A stretch of DNA of 64,000 nucleotides from Octopus vulgaris (GCA_951406725.2 OX597821.1:59272001-59336000); one strand, 5' to 3'. Positions 12,974-26,710 are shown, numbered from the stretch's first letter. Notes: a model not told the origin generated them from the sequence alone. Numbers and translations are program-made.

Positions 12974-13080
12974 ACACTAAATTCTCGACCTTCGAGTCAA
13001 TGTAATTTCTACCAATAACAATAATAATAATCTTTTCTTTATTGGGTATCCCAAGGGCTTAATAATAATAATAATAATTA

Positions 13081-13111
<31 letters not shown>

Positions 13112-13195
13112 TTCTCTAAGGATACAAGGCCTGAAATTTTGTGCAGTGCATACAAGCGGTACTTATTTTATCGACCGTAGAAGGATGAAAGCTAC

Positions 13196-13245
<50 letters not shown>
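13196..13245. repeat. (GA)n microsatellite just upstream of the putative promoter
   Basis: Direct reading. Confidence 0.9.
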
Positions 13246-13249
<4 letters not shown>

Positions 13250-13384
13250 TGTGTGAAATAGAGAGAAAGTGGGAAGCGCTCTTAACTACACTACCACCAC
13301 CACCATAACTACCACAGTGGAAAAAAAAAACTAGAGAAATAAAGGGAAGTAACTGTACAAGCATTTGTGATGTAATTCTCTACA

Positions 13385-13767
13385 GGTTTAATCGGAACTT
13401 TACGGCAACCAACGAAGAGTAACGGAAATCCATATAAAACAACAGAATGCCGTCTGCTTTCAATCTGTTGTGTCGGGATTATTTAACATGTTGTTCGTTC
13501 ATTATTATTCCAACTGCTATCAACTGAAGTGCACGGCTTCATATCTTGGTCATTTTCCTTCTAAAACCAACGAGAATTTTTTTGTATTTTCCTAATTTGA
13601 CTTCCTTCCTCCTAGTGTAAGCCTGCTGTGAAAAATCGGGAGTTTTCTTTCAAAAAGCAAAGATGTATTATTTGTGAAGTTGTTAATACTAAGAAATGGT
13701 GATTCAGACTGGACAAGAATTGCTTGTGTCGTTTTGGATTCATTCAAACCGTAATTATACCATAACG
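13385..13767 (+). promoter_or_regulatory. Putative promoter and non-coding first exon (possibly of the BTBD8-like gene)
   Basis: Repeat-free, CpG-retaining stretch with CGGAA (ETS-like) motifs at ~13393 and ~13423 and a TATA-like CATATAAAA at ~13431. It ends in a consensus donor ACG|GTAAGT (intron from 13768). The link to the downstream CDS is inference. Confidence 0.45.
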
Positions 13768-13890
13768 GTAAGTAGAAATATAGACAGAAGGAATGAAAGA
13801 AATAAAATGAAAGGGAAAAAAACCAAATATGAAAGAGAATTTGATAAAATTTCTTGCATTTTAGTAGCGTGTTTTATTTTGTGTATATAT

Positions 13891-13923
<33 letters not shown>

Positions 13924-16900
13924 TGTATTATAATAATAATTGTTGCATTTTTTATCAGGTGTGTAAGCCTTCATTCATTAGTTTACCTTTACGTTCAAAT
14001 GCATATACACTCATATATATGCCACAAATACCGATAAAATTCGAATGTCTGAAAGGTGTTTGTAAAAAAATTTCATTGAAAGTATTTTTTTGAAAGTTAT
14101 CAGGAAACAGTCGGGTGGGGGCATACTTATGTAGGTATGTCATGCATGTGTGTATGTGTGTATACACACACACATATAGCATGTTGGGCAGTAGAAGGAA
14201 TTCTTCCTTCAATTCTTCAAAACGTACTCAATAACATTACAACACAGCACAAGAAGCTGTTAGAAATAGCAGTCAGATTTCCTCCTTCAGCTCACACCCA
14301 ACCATCTAAATATATACATACGTGTCTCATTGGACAATAAAGTCCTCGGTCTACAAAAAAAGACTGGCTGGACATGGCTGAAACGTCTCTGTTAGTAGTA
14401 GGCCTACTCTATCGGGTCAGACCTGGTGCTAAACAACAACAACACTAACATTATTATTTTTGGGGATGCAGAGACGGACGACCAGGTTTCCCTCCATACT
14501 GTAATGAAAGATGATAATACATTAGAATAGATGTGATGCAAGAAAGATATACACTCGAAGGCATTTGTCCTAATATTATTTTATCGAAGTATTAGTTGTT
14601 TATCTTAGTTTAACCATTTCCCTCTCACTCCTTCTAAATAAATTACCAAAGACCACTCAAGAATTCTTGGTTTTTCGTATCTATACATTTGGTTGCACAG
14701 CCTGTTGTCGTTTGACTTGGTTTATTCATTCTTAAATTTGTGAGCTTTTATTGCTGTTATTTTCATTACTATTACCAAGTGATATTTGTTATTATTATTA
14801 TTACCAAGTGAACGCAGTGAAACCTACTGGAATTGCTTTCAGTTTGCAATATTTACTTTGTGTTGACGGGGCATCTTTGGATGTTGTTTATGTAAACAAT
14901 CTGTAAAGACAAGCAAGCACAGGGACACACACAGAGTCGTATATGTGTACCGAAGTTGTGTGGTATGCCACAAACCGAGAGATAAATGTTTGTGCATGCA
15001 GAAATATATGAATACATAAGTATTATGTATGCAATATGCTCGAATAATTTAAATACTTCCACATATACATATTCAGAGAGTAGATGTATTATGTGGGGTG
15101 ATATACGTTTTCAATATATATATACCTACATAATTTATCTTTTTTTTTCTTTCTTTTCGACGTCAAGCCCTAATAAAATAATGAACGTCTTGAGACATAT
15201 TTTATGAATTCAAATTTCCGGAGTAAGACTTAACCGCAAGTTAAATGAATTATTAGTAGATAATATTATAATGTCAGTTAATGTAGTCATTCAGTTGTTG
15301 CTTTGTTTCCTCGTTGATGACGACTATTACTATCTGTGGATGTATTTGGCACTGAAGAAAGAAAAAAAAAGCATATATATTCATTCATATGTATTTATGC
15401 CTGTAATAGGTCATTGGTCTCTTGCAAATAGGTAACTGCCAAACAGCGAATGCTGTACTGGTTAAGAGAACTACTGGAGTCTGCATGTGTGTGTGTACAC
15501 ACACACACATATACAACTCTGGTCTATTGATTGTCACGAGACACTATTGTCAGTTGCTAGGAGTTGTTATGATTCTATCCCAGTGATCTTTATGTTGCAC
15601 TAATTTCTATTAAACTATTACAGTAGCATTTCCGAAATGAAACCAATATATATATGTATATAATATTGGAAGTAATTTTTTTGGGTGGTGGGTGGGGGGA
15701 GATGCTTCTATGATGTCAATTTCCTTTCTTTTTAATTAAACTTGTAATGATATTCCAAGATTTAATATAGAAGTTCCTTTGGGTAATTTTTTTTTTTTTT
15801 GCATTTCAAAAATAATATATAATAAACATGAGCAGTGATTTTAATTCTGCTGTGTTGAGTCATAAGAAGCTGAGGATGACAAATTTGCTCTTAATTAGGA
15901 TTAGATGCTCTCTTTATCATATTAATTTAAGATCTTCCACTGAACCTGTTGAGTCATTATAAATTTATGCTTTATTTGTTGTTATTTACCCCAAGCAGCC
16001 CTGATCAAGCTGAGCTTATAATTAAGCTTATATTTCAGACATGACCATTCCATTTTTTCCAATATCTACATTATGCTGTGTGTTTGTTTTTAAAGATTAG
16101 GAGGGTGTAATTTGATGGAAACTTAGCTGCTATTTTCTGCTGGTCGAGTGTAGAAGCTTGCTCATTGGCTAGTTCCTGTGTTAATAATTGATTTTGATGT
16201 ATGGCTTCTCTTTATCATTCACATCAGAGCTTTTTATATAGCACCATCATTATCATTGACTGTCCGTTTTCCATGCTGGCATGAGTTGGACAGTTCAACA
16301 GGAGCTGCGAGCTAGTGAGCTACACCATTCACCATTTGTCTGTTTTGGCTGGATGCCCTTCCTAACGCCATCCTCTTTACAGAGTATACTGGATGGTTTT
16401 TACATGGCACCAGTAGAATCGCCAAGGAGCTTGCAAAACAAAGACCTCACAGCTGAGAGAGAGATGGAACTGAGGAAAGTGGCTGTGAGCTAGGTGAAAG
16501 GTTAGTACGAGAGAGGGACAGAGATAGTTGTCTTACTATAAGAAGGGTTACTTGGCTACCAATAGGACAGAGAAGGAGATGAATGTGAAAGAGAGAAAGA
16601 TAGACAGTCAGCATGAGAGACCCAATTACTAACTCTCAGTAGAAATAAATCATTCAAGTAAATGATACTTTCACTAATTAACTCTATAATTAACAATAGA
16701 CTGTGTTAACATTATTGGAGTGAAGCTTATTTTATTTTATTTTTAATATTGAAATTAATCTTAACATATGAATCATCTTAAATACTTTCATTAATGTTAT
16801 TAAAATTGAATGAAATTTGCATAACCCAATTTGTTCTCATTAAAACCTATGTGTAATTATATGCATTATAAAAATCTGTGGTTTTCTCATATTTCCAACA

Positions 16901-17439
16901 TGGCACAGTGGTTTGGTTTATTCTACTGCATGGCATCTTGTGCAGTTGTCTTTTGCTATAGACCTGGGTTAACCAAAGTAGTAGAAGAGTGGATTTGGTA
17001 AAAGGAAAGTGAAAGAAGCCTGTCGTGTGTGTGTGTGTGTGTATCCTTGACTAGACATTATATGATGGTTGTAAACGAGCATCATCATTATATAAGTGGG
17101 GTTGTTTGTTTCCAGTTTTCTGTGAAAAACTTGTCTAACTCTGTTAAAACATTACCTTGTTTGGAAACAGTTAAGGGTTGATGACAGGAAAGCCATCCAG
17201 CTGTAAAAAATCTGCCTTAACAACTTCCAGCTGACCAAGCATAGAAAAGCGAATGTTAAATGATGAACATGATACTCTGACAATATTTGAGCTATGAACC
17301 TTTATCTCAAGAATGAATGAATTATACGAACAACATTACATATAAGGAAAATATTAATGCACCTGAACCTGCTAAACAAAGATAGCATGCAACTAGAACT
17401 GTCAACATAGCTATACATGCTTGATCTCACCATTAGCAA

Positions 17440-17700
17440 GTATCTCTCATGGCAATTGCATATTCTCAACACTGCCAAAAACTACATCGCTAAGACTGAG
17501 TTTCCTCTTCGGAGCTGCAAAATATTTCAAACCCCAGTAATTATTAGCTAGCTCCAAAACTCAAGTGAGATCCACAATGAAGTTCTGCTTCCACATTTGG
17601 GAATGTACTGTTGCTACACACACAGGCATCCTAACAAAGGTCTCTAAAACTGATTGGCTGGAAATCACTCACCAACACTGATCAGCCTAGATGTGGGGCA
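17440..17700 (+). mobile_element. Highly decayed LINE fragment (Jockey/CR1-like post-RT region)
   Basis: KTQVRSTMKFCFHIW resembles the Q(I/V)RP.MEYCSHIW motif. Confidence 0.4.
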
Positions 17701-18523
17701 GGAATCTTTTCATGTAGGAAGGCTGCATTGAAACTAACTGCCATCAGGTATTGTGCACATCTCAAAAGAAAATTTTATACTGCTAAACCGTCTGTTCTTT
17801 TATCTTGTTTCAGTCATTGGGCTATGGCTATGCTGGGGCACAAGCTTTGAAGGGTTGAATCAAACAATTCAACTCCCAGTACTTATTCTATTGTCCTCTT
17901 TTGCTGAACTATATGGGCATAAACAAACCAACACTGGTTGTCAAGCAGTAGCAGGAACACACACACACACACACACATGACCAGCATCCATCCAATTTCT
18001 GTCTACCAGATTCACTCACACTATATTGGTTGGCCTGGCGCTATAGCAGAAGACATTTGTTCAAATTGCCACTCAGTGGAACTGAACCAGAAACCATATG
18101 GTTGCAAAGTGAGCTTCTTAACTATACAACCTTACCTGTTGAATAAATTATTACTAATTATTCATAAAAACTCTTCCAAAATGTAAAAGAATCTGGTGTT
18201 TCAGACTAAGTACCCCCATCATAGCTTTTCCCCAAAATTTCTTTGGATTATTATACTTTAAATGCAATTGTGTTCGTGAATGTTTCCTAGATTTTAGAAA
18301 AGGCACACTATATTCATGCATGTTACAAGAAGTAGCTAAAAGGTTGGCATCAGGTGGAGCACCAAGCCATAAAACACTGCCTCAAAAAGTCCCTGCCCAG
18401 CCTGTATCAGCATGGAAAAGGTAATCTAAAATCAATACTGATGATAATATATACAGACTCCAGTAGTTCTGTTGACCAGTATTTGCTATTTGGCTGTTAT
18501 CTATTTACAATAAATTATTTTAA

Positions 18524-18741
18524 CCCTTTAACATTCAAATTTCTCTGTCAAATGTGATGCTTATTTATTCACATCATTTTGAATTTATCCTGCATTATTT
18601 TGTAGCTTAGATTTTGATTATGTGATTGTTTATTTTTAGACTAACATAGCAGGGTGTGTGTGAGAGGTTAGATCTGGTCAATTTGAACATAAAACAGGTA
18701 GAATATTTAGGCTGGATTTGGCCAGAGTAAATGCTAAAGAG
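18524..18741. mobile_element. TTAA-flanked (piggyBac-type) MITE
   Basis: TTAA|CCCTTTAACATT ... AATGCTAAAGAG|TTAA. Confidence 0.6.
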
Positions 18742-20381
18742 TTAAGTACAGATTAAAAAACATAAATTTCTATGTTTAAAAGTTTCAAAAATTTGCAATA
18801 AGCTTTAAATATTAAAATCAAATCAACAGAATGATATTTCAGTACAATGATTTTTCCCATTTCTATTTTCTTCAGAAAACTGCATATTCCCTGTCTCTTC
18901 TCCTCTAACCTCTGACCCTCACACATGCTTGCTGTCTCCTCTCTCTGCCTCTATTACCATTGTACCAGTGACCTCTGTTTGCCTTGTTCCACCTCCACTC
19001 AGGCACTCCCAACTTGTGTCTCTTCTATTCTATACCCATAGTGTCTCCACTCTCAAGCCCTGTTCTATTATTATACTTATTCTTTCCTCTTACGGGAGCT
19101 CAATGCTGCCCTGCAGCTTGCTGGATCCTTCAAACCATGTAACCCATGCTAGCATGGAAAATTGGATGTTAAAATGATGATGGAATGAACATTGCCTTTC
19201 TGGAATTCTTTCATTTTTTTTCTTTTATAGTCTTTGACTTGAAACTATTTAACAGGAATATTAACTACTTTGAGCTCACCAATCACAGTGGATCTTCAAA
19301 GGCCATGGACACAAACCTGTTCTCCAGGCTAAACTAACGCAGAACTCCTGACTCCCTCCCACCAAAAAACTTTTTTCATTTAACTTCTATGGAAGTAAAC
19401 AACTCTTTCAAGTTTGCAAATTCATTTATTTGCAAGAAACTGCTTCCAGCTATATCAGCAAATTAAAATAAAATAAAAATACCCAATAGTTTCTGATGAA
19501 CTAAATAAAGTGCTGGAATCATTGATTCAAATGATGCAAGTTCATCTCTCCAGGAAAGAGACATTTTATATATAAATACAATAGGGTGGGTACAGGTGAA
19601 GGTTGGTAACAGGAATGACATTCAATTATTGAAAAATCTGCTCAATGAATTCCATGCAAGCATAGGAAAGTGTATGTTAAAGCAATGATGAGTATAATAT
19701 AGCAAGTTGAAAAACTTTGATCATCTGAATCTATCCAAGTAATTACTAGACAAAATATTCAACTGGAGGTGTTTAAAATTTCAAAACAATTAAAGGGGGT
19801 AATTAATGAGATTAGTCAATTGATTTAAACTTTAGGACAATATAGACAATGCATATATCACTGTGCTTTATAGCTATAGGTTTGAAATGAATTATGTTTG
19901 AAATTTGATCTTTGTATTTGTAACAATCAGCAGGTTAGACAAAATGAACATATTACACTAATGTCTTGCTCCTGCTTCTTATCTATTAATTCTTAGGCAG
20001 TATTTATGTTTTTAATGCTGCTGACACTAGATTAAATGGTACTGCCCAGGAGTCAAAAGGATAATCGTATCTGTTAGGCAGTTTCTGATGGATGTATGTT
20101 TGATTACTAAGTTTTTTGTATCTTGTGTTCTTGTGATTCTACATTGTCTTTCATTGAAATTCTAGCTCTTCTAGGGTTGAACTTGTTTATAGTTGTTGGT
20201 TTATGGTTGGTTTTATTGTATATATTAATTATACCATACATTGATATTGCATGATTACCCTTCATTTGGATTCTATTTCTCATAAGTGTAATACTTGTTT
20301 AAAGGTTTCCAGTTTATAGAAGTTTTGTTGCATATTAGAGTGAAGCATATTTCCACAATATCTGCAAGATTTAAAGTAATT

Positions 20382-20432
<51 letters not shown>

Positions 20433-20435
<3 letters not shown>

Positions 20436-20761
20436 ATTGCAGCATGGAAGGTGTTTATAAGCCATTTAAGAAACACACAAAAGCCGTTCGATTCACTTCA
20501 ACATTTAAGTTTAATTTGTCAAAATATTTTCGTCGCTAAAATCCGCGACCTGTTCACTGACAAAAATCCGTGCTGCATCTGCAGTGAACAGGTCGCGGAT
20601 TTTAGCGACGAAAATATTTTGACAAATTAAACTTAAATGTTGAAGTGAATCGAACGGCTTTTGTGTGTTTCTTAAATGGCTTATAAACACCTTCCACGCT
20701 GCAATTGTTTTCGTTTCAGCACACGATCTCAGATCAAGTCACTTGCTATGCAAGTACATCT

Positions 20762-20766
<5 letters not shown>
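20433..20766. mobile_element. Foldback element in a (TA)n tract, probable Penelope-like element inverted terminal remnant
   Basis: 127-bp inverted arms at 20433-20559 and 20582-20708 with one visible mismatch and a 22-nt loop. Flanked by (TA)n on both sides; carries the hammerhead-like motif. Confidence 0.65.
20515..20564 (-). ncRNA. Minimal type I hammerhead ribozyme motif, G3-C8 core variant
   Basis: The - strand reads TTTGTCA-GTGAACA-G-GTCGC-GGATTTTA-GCGAC-GAAA-ATAT-T-T-TGACAAA: 7-bp stem I, core GUGAACA (C3-G8 swapped to G3-C8), 5-bp stem II, GAAA, palindromic AATATT stem III and UH. Confidence 0.6.
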
Positions 20767-20793
<27 letters not shown>

Positions 20794-21489
20794 AGATAGA
20801 GATAGTGTGTTGGATGTTTATTATAGATGTCAGCAATATGGTTGAAGTTCAATACCAAAGAGGGGAATTTTGTATACTAAGTATGCATATGGTGGCTTTC
20901 ACATATGCAAAAGAGTGATTTGATAAATTTTTATCAACCAAAATTTTACAAACACAGTGAATAATAAATCGTATTAAGATAGCTTAAGACTCATTTTTCA
21001 TGCAGTCATTGTAACCTCTTATTAAAATAATATAATTATTATACTAAGTCATCATTATTTAATGTCCATTTTTCCATACTAGCATGGGTTGGATGGTTTC
21101 ACAGGATCTGGTGAACCCTTCCTAGAACCAACCACTGTACAGTGTGTGTATTCAGTGCTTTTTCTCATGCTGCTGGCAACTGTCTAAAACATTAAACTCT
21201 ATTTCAACCTCATCCCATACTATCTTATTTTATATCTAATTCAATTCCTACCGACACATGAAAACTTATCAAATCTAGTGACTGAAATATTAATTACTAA
21301 ACATATGTTCAAGAGTTCAAACACACAACAATCCTTTTGTTGTATTCATTGCATTATTTCAATTTGTCTGACTGACAAATATGTGTTCTTGATTATAGAA
21401 ATAGCATTCAACTGTAAAACATAAACACTCCTTTTGTATGATTTAGCATAAAACTAAATGTGAAACAACTAATATATGAATCAATAATA

Positions 21490-21850
21490 TCCATCCATCC
21501 ATTTTCACTGACTACTATTCCTGGGAGGGTTATGAGTGTAGAGTCTTCAGGCACCTCCTCTATACAGTCCTTTCAGAAGTAACTGTTATTACACTTTCTG
21601 GCTGGATTCCTAGATATTTTGTTTTTGGTCTAACGCTAGGTCTCCCAGTTGGCTCAGCTTGAAGAATCTGTCTTGCAATTCTTTCTTGCAACTTTCTAAT
21701 CACATGTCCATAGTACTGGAGTTCTGAGCTCTCAGTACCAAGAAGCAATGGCTTGACCTGGAGAGATTCTCTGGCCACTAAGCTGTTTACCCTATCAAGT
21801 AACATTACTACAAGGAACTTTCAGAGGAACCCCATTTCAGCTGTTTATAC
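21490..21850 (-). mobile_element. Decayed non-LTR retrotransposon 3' fragment (RTE-like)
   Basis: ORF 21560-21805 contains LQYYGHVIR...RIARQILQAEPTGRPSVRPKTK; the tail is (GGAT)n on the - strand. Confidence 0.6.
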
Positions 21851-24693
21851 TAATAATATATCTAAAATATATTAAGTTCCAAGCAGTACTGAGAGTTTAT
21901 GTTGAAGGGAATGAAGACCAACCAAAAATGTCTTGGTATTAGTCAATAATGATGATAGCCAGTGACAAAATAATTTTAATAAAGACCGGGATATGTGAAG
22001 TGTTGCAAAAAATTGTGGCTGGTTGTTCAAGTTTGCAAACTAAAAATACAGTCTTGAGGGATTTGCTTTTGTTGTTTGAAATATTATTTGTTATTTGAAG
22101 TAAAATTTAAAAAAAAAAGAGCCAACTACTGAAACCATTGAATGGCTTTATTGGATAAAAAAAAATATAAAGAGTGTATTCACTAAAGTATTGATAGAAA
22201 TTAACAGAGTAAATAAATCATAGAACCAAAATAGCATTTGGCTCTCACACTGACTCCTTTAATCGATAAATTTGTCGAACCATCACTAAATTTCAGTATA
22301 AGTATCTTTGTTGGAAATATAATTTGCATATTAACTATTATATTTCCTCAAAATAGAACAATAAAACATTGGCTTCCATATTTGTTTGTTTGTCTGTCTG
22401 TCTGTCTGTCTGTCTCTCTATGTGTCCTTCCATCTGTGCGTCTGTCCTGGTTTTTAGAATAGGTATATTGTAGCCCTGCATGCCACAAGCAACAACTAAG
22501 TGAGTTGGTGTCAGAAAGGGCATCTTGCCATAACACTGACTCAAAAAGACTTATCTAGTCTTTGTTGGCATAAGAGAGTGAACTTAATAACAGCTTCAAA
22601 TTTTAGCACAAGGCCAACAATTTTAGGGAGCAGGGTTGGTTGATTACATTGACCCCAGTACTTAACATGACTTCTGCAAATTCTATATCCATAACTTAGC
22701 TGTATCAAAGAATTTGTATGTTCATTATTAGAGCCAAAAGGTCTTGTACAGTTGTTGATTTCAGGTTTTGGGTATGGTATTTTGGTTTCCATTAACAAAA
22801 TATTGGAGTGAATCCAAAGAAAATATATCTACTGATAAACACACTTGCTGTCCTAATATACTTCTAGTTCACAGCTGAGCTGTCTTGTATATTTTTATTT
22901 TCCAGTCTTTACTACAATGCAGGGAAATGGTTGAAAGGAAATTGTAGAAGACTGGCATTCTGGGAGGCAAGGATTTGGCATAGTTGTTAGTGGAGAGCTA
23001 GGTGCATGACACAGTATGGTTGATGAGTTAGGTATGTCAAGTGAACTTGGATGGAGGTGATATGTAACCAGCTAGTTCTGTGAAGTGGAGCACATTGTAA
23101 TATCAGTAGGGTAGGTAGGACATCGGTTAAGTAGAGGAGCTTCCTTTTGGATATGGTGAGTAACATCATCATAAGTATGGCAGCAGTATTTAACTATGGG
23201 TATATCTTGAGCTTTGTAGAGAAAACAGCCAATGATCTGAGCAGTAATATGGGCTACTTTTGGGGAAATGCAGTGTTTATTATGTAATAAATGTGAGATC
23301 ACCTTTATTTTGACTGAAAAATATTTTGAACTGGATAAAAAAATTATATTGATTACAGCAAATTGAAAAGCAATATAATCTTGTTAAATTATGAAACTAT
23401 TGTTTCCAACCAATAAGTCTTTCTAATTTTGTCACAGAGCCAGCAGTTATGAGGGGAGGGGGCAAATCGATTACATCAACCCCAGTATTTGATTGGTACT
23501 TTAATTTATGAACCCCCAACCAAAAGAATGGAAGGCAAAGTTGATCTCTGCAGGATTTGAACTCAGAATGTATAAAGTCAGAAGAAATGCAGTTTAGCAT
23601 TTGGTTCAAGGGGCTAACAATTCTAAGACACACACACACGTATGTGTGTGTGAACATGTACTAAATGTTTAACTAAATTTGCTGACCAGCTAGTCTAATA
23701 GTCCTCTGACTAAAGATGTTTTAAATACAAGTGCTTTTGTACCTGTGATGTAACTATGAAGAGTTAATTACTGGACTGATTAGTTAGGTATATAATTATG
23801 TCTCATTAAGTTTATTCTTTTTCTCTTTAACAATTTGGCCTGGAGTAAGAGGCTGTGCACATGGCCTTTGTAAGTCCTCTCAGACCTCTGAGATCAATGG
23901 GGTTGATGTTCTTTTTAAACAAATTGATGATTCCAGAAAAAAGCATGGTTGGGAGTGGAGTAGAGAGGGCATTCCAGATGTCTGACATTCTTCTTGCTAT
24001 CACACTAAATAATTAAAATTCTATGAATAGATTTTCTCGGCATAAGCATGGCTGAGAGGTTAAGCTCATTTTGCAGCCATTTGATTCTGGGTTCAGTCCC
24101 ACTGTGAGGCATTTTGAGCAAGTATCTTTTATAATAGCCCTGGGTCAACCAATGCTCTGTGAGTGAATTTGGTAGACAGAAACTGTATGGAAGCCCATTG
24201 TGTGTGTTACCTATCACTGCCACACAAGTGTTGGTTTGTTTATGTTCCTCATATCTTAGCAGTTCAGCAAAAAGGAACCAACAGAATAGGTGCCAGATTT
24301 TAAAACATAAGTACTGGGGTTAATTTGTTCAATTAAAATCTGCACAGTGGGATTGAATTCAAGACTACATAGATGGGAAGCAAGCTTCTCAGCCACAAAC
24401 CCACAATAAAATCAACAGATCTTTTATTATGGATGTTTAGAATGTTCTCATTGTAGAAATGCTAATGAATGGCTATAAACGAGTGAGTCAACAATTTTAA
24501 CTTTTTATACATTCCTACCATTTGGTTCTGGCCATTGCTCTACTTAATTATAATATGTAGCACTACTGAAGATGGAAATGTAATTGTCAGTAACAGTCTA
24601 AGCACTGGTGTGGTTGTGAGGATACAGAGTTCACTTTATTATGTGCTCTCAAGTTCTATCGCATTGTGAGGTACTTTGGACAAGTATCTTCTA

Positions 24694-25967
24694 TTAGGTT
24701 ATCCCATAAGTAATGCAATTTTTTAATACTTCTTTTATTTTTCAAAATTAAGATAAAGTTTCTTTTTTTTATGTAAAATATAGTCTCCTTCATTTTCTAC
24801 AATCTATCTAGTAGACTTGCAAGGCCACTCTTCCAAAATTCACTTGTTCGTGATGGAAAATACTCCTCCAGTACTGTTCTCACCTCATCTACAGAATTCA
24901 TGTTTTTTCTGTCCCAATGATTTTGAAGACTGCAAAATAAATGATAATCAGATGGGGCAATGTCCGGTGAATATGGTGGGTGGGGCATTGTTTCCTATTC
25001 AAACTGCTCCAGTCTTTCGAATGTCATCTTTGCTGTATGTGGCCATGCATTATCCTGATGGAAGAACACCTTTCATCTTGAAACCAAAAATGGTCGTTTT
25101 TCTTCTAGCACTGACTTAAGCCACTCAAGCAGCTCATAGTAGATCTCCTTTGTTATCATTTGGTTTGGGTTTAAAAGTTCAAAATGGACTAAATCTTTCA
25201 TATGCCACCAAACAGATAACAACACTTTATGTGGGTGAAGACCTTTAGCCTGGGGTGCTGGTGTTTCTCCTTTCCTTACCCACTGTTTTCAATGCTTGAC
25301 ATTTTTATAGAGAACCCATTTCTCTTCATCAGTCACTATTTGGTCAAAAAATAGTTCATTCATGAGATGTGACAGCAAAGAAGAAGAGTACACATTCACT
25401 CTCTGTGCACAATTACACTCAGAAAGTTTGTGAGGAACCCATTGACACAATTTGCTGACTTTTCCAATGGCACGTAGTTGTCAATGAATGGCTGAATGAC
25501 CAAATCTAAGCTTCTCTGCTAGTTCCTCAACAGTTATGGGATTTTATTCTACCAAGGTTTGCAGGATGTCCTCGTCAAGCTCTTTAAATCTTCCAGGATG
25601 AAACTTGTCTTCTAGGCTGTAGTCTCTGGCTCATTATTTCTGGAACCACCGTTGACACTGGCTTATGCTTATTGTCCGATCCCCATATACTGTATTATTA
25701 TTCCTCACTCCATCTGTTGCGTTGTTGCCTTTATTGAACTCATAAAGCAAAACACTCTGAAAATGCTCCTTTGCCACTCCATTATAGCTTTGAAAAAATA
25801 ACTGTTAAAATCGAACTGCACTCTTCAAAACTAGCACTAAGAATAAGTACAAGGTAAAATTTCTATCTGCTGTTAAAGCAAGTTGATGCAGGTAGTTTAT
25901 CCCATCCCCCTCTAACTTTTAGTTCATGCAATTGAAAAAAAAACACATTATTTATGGGATGACCAAA
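24694..25967 (-). mobile_element. Full-length, decayed mariner (Tc1/mariner) transposon
   Basis: TIRs TTAGGTTATCCCATAAGTAATG and CATTATTTATGGGATGACCAAA, with TA on both sides. The - strand carries a transposase remnant with HPPYSPDIAPSDYHLF (mariner catalytic-domain motif); probable ATG at ~25782; frame broken. Confidence 0.92.
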
Positions 25968-26397
25968 TACTTCAGCTTCAGGTTGGCCAATGCCTTATAA
26001 CTGAAAGTGTTGGACAGAAACGGTATGGATGCCTAATGTATGTTTAAATATATAGTTTTAATATAGCTATACATATATATATATGTCAGAGTTTTAATAT
26101 AGCTAATCACACACACACACACATATATAGTCATTGAAAGTTCACTTTTCCATGGGTCAGACAGAATATGCTGAAGCAGATTTTCTGTAGCTAGATGCCC
26201 TTCCTGTTGTTGCTCCTTGTTGTTTCCTTGCAAGGTTGCATTTCTTCATGGCTAGACATGTTTTTCACAGAAGACAAAAGGAATAATCTCACTTGTATAA
26301 CAATGATACTCATTTGCAACCATCACATGATATCTATACAAGGGTACACTCAACCATGTGCACACACACACCCATGTATAGTTATATATATGTATGC

Positions 26398-26703
26398 ATA
26401 TCACCGTGATCACTGTGACCGACCAGGCTTCAGATGTTGCTACGCATCGCTGGTCACAATGTGCTTTGCATTGTTTTAGCCTTCGAATGATACCACCCTG
26501 CTGGCTAAGCGAGCAAGCCAACAGAAGAAGAGTGAGAAAAAGTTGTGGTGAAAGAGTACAGCTAGGGATCACCACCACCCCCTGTCGGAGCCTCGTGGAG
26601 CTTTTAGGTGTTTTCACTCAAACACAACGCCCGGCCTGGGAATCGAAACTGCGATCCTACGACCGCGAGTGCACTGCCCTAACCACTGTGCCATTGCACC
26701 TCC
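26398..26703 (-). mobile_element. tRNA-derived SINE (second family)
   Basis: The - strand head GGAGGTGCAATGGCACAGTGGTTAGGGCAG...GTTTCGATTCCCAGGCCGGGCG has A and B boxes. Related + copies at ~1146-1444 and ~44303-44570. Confidence 0.8.
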
Positions 26704-26710
26704 ACATGTA

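Noticed and set aside
13943-14140. Acceptor-like tttttatcag at ~13958 suggesting a second UTR exon
   Set aside because: The downstream donor is weak and there is no independent support without transcript data.
26620-26703. tRNA-like sequence on the - strand
   Set aside because: It is the tRNA-derived head of a SINE and continues into SINE body. No clean cloverleaf or terminator is visible.
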